This document shows positions 7,281-8,488 of a DNA stretch of 8,488 bases, one piece after another; positions within the stretch are counted from its first letter, which is position 1, and each line of letters begins with the position of its first letter. The translations under genes and the position numbers were made by a program. The notes beneath the pieces were generated by a model that did no database searches, was not told where the DNA came from, and worked only from the letters and a program-made list of their open reading frames with translations. The stretch covers positions 1-8,488 of the forward strand of contig NW_003314629.1 of assembly GCF_000143415.4 (NCBI RefSeq). Reading direction: 5' to 3'. The DNA is from Selaginella moellendorffii. Taxonomy: Eukaryota; Plantae; Lycopodiophyta.

Positions 7281-8488
7281 TCAAATAGCATCTTTATGAA
7301 CAAACGTAGCCTCCACCAACCATGAATCAACGAAAGCCAAGATGTTATCTTTATCGATAACACCAAGCAAAGCCTTTGTGCCAAGATCCACTTTCATTTT
7401 CTTTTCACCTCTTCTAATAGAAGCTCGACTGCTGCACGCTTCCTCCCTCAAATAAAGGTTACCTAACTGCTTCTTCAGATTAACATCTGTAGAAACCAAG
7501 AGTTTAATGCACCCATTACGAGCTAACTCTCGAAGAGAGTCAGCACCAGTAACTTCAGTTGGGGTCGGTGTACTCTTGTGTTGGAAAAGCTTGTTCAGAT
7601 CCAAGGTATAAAAAGCATTATTGACTTCACCCTACAACAAAAGAAAAAAGTCCAATTACATCAAAAGATGACATGTTGCTTACCTGGTAAAGCGCCTTAC
7701 TTGTCTTAACTTGCACAAGAACGGGAACAAGGATCATCGGGTGTTGCTGCTGCGAGGTGGAGCAAGCAGTGTCAGTCTCTGAGACTTGTCCTTGACCACC
7801 TCCATCTCCCTCCGACATGTCTAGAAAAAACAAGGCGTCTGGCCCAAATCCGGATTCTCCTGTCCATAAAACGGATGGGAAAATGTCCCTCTCCTTGACA
7901 GCATTGATGTACTCCTGCAGAGTATATCTTGATGCGTTGACATCATACACATCTGAGCCTTTACTATGCTCGTGTCTCATCTGCGCCACTTGTTCACTGT
8001 GGATCCTTGGTTTCACAAGCTTCGCTCTTCTAGTGTAGATTTCTGGAATCTCTAACTCATGTGAAGTGACCGTGTACACACCATCTTGAAGAAACCTAGA
8101 GATCAAATTTGCAGGTTGCATCCCGTCCATTGCGTTTGCAATCATCTCCACTGCAATCATTTCGTATCCGTGCCCAACTCCGCTGCTACTTGACTGGGCG
8201 TTATAACAATAAGCAGTATCCGCTATACTCGATAGGCCTGCTGGTTCGCCGACAGTTAAATAGTGCCACAAAGAATGGAGAACCAGAGGCTCCTCAATAC
8301 GCAATAGAACGTTCGCTGTGTCTGACTCGTCCTTCCAAGAATCCAAATCTTGCATTTCAAGCGTCCGACGGCCATCCAACCTCGCTAGTCCGTATTGAAT
8401 TAAACTCAAGCTGGGGTTCTTGACAGCAACATACGTAGCATTCAATCCATAGAACTGATGGAAGAGTATAAGACTCAGTTTTTCGAGA
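7281..8488 (-). CDS. 3' part of a putative Crinkler(CR)-type NTPase+REase protein, PD-(D/E)xK nuclease domain; exons >8487-7684 and 7631-7281
   Basis: Frame is open from the window edge (LEKLSLILFHQFYGLNAT...). Motifs LIQYGLAR, IEEPLVL, GHGYE, GPDALFFL (GPD 7837-7845), VPVLVQVK (QVK 7705-7713), AFYTLD, IKLLVS, VIDKDNILAF match the pattern I recall for fungal/plant CR-REase proteins. Splicing joins ORFs 7627-8445 and 7281-7604 in frame with no premature stop. Confidence 0.72.
7632..7683 (-). other. 52-nt phase-0 spliceosomal intron
   Basis: CAG|GTAAGC...TTTTGTTGTAG|GGT GAA gives ...KALYQ-GEVNNAFYTLDLNK. Strong donor and pyrimidine-rich acceptor. Confidence 0.85.

Overview
Eukaryotic, almost certainly land-plant DNA (telo-boxes, tRNA-iMet PBS, plant-type dynamin fragment). 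Two very short GT-AG introns of 52 and 56 nt hint at a compact, Selaginella-like genome (inference). Left to right: (1) a decayed Mutator-like (MULE) transposase with a GCM/WRKY-type Zn domain on the minus strand (1-1482); (2) an AT-rich promoter-like stretch; (3) a decayed Ty3/Gypsy chromovirus-type LTR retrotransposon on the minus strand (2135-6592) with two clean internal inversions of almost the same size. One (3136-3381, 246 bp) flips the integrase Zn-finger/first-Asp segment. The other (about 6252-6491, 240 bp) flips the distal 5' LTR, PBS and gag start. (4) A deletion-riddled dynamin (DRP3-like) gene fragment; (5) the 3' part of an apparently intact, intron-containing gene for a Crinkler (CR)-type PD-(D/E)xK nuclease that runs off the right edge. 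The paired inversions and the intact nuclease gene among relics are the most notable observations.
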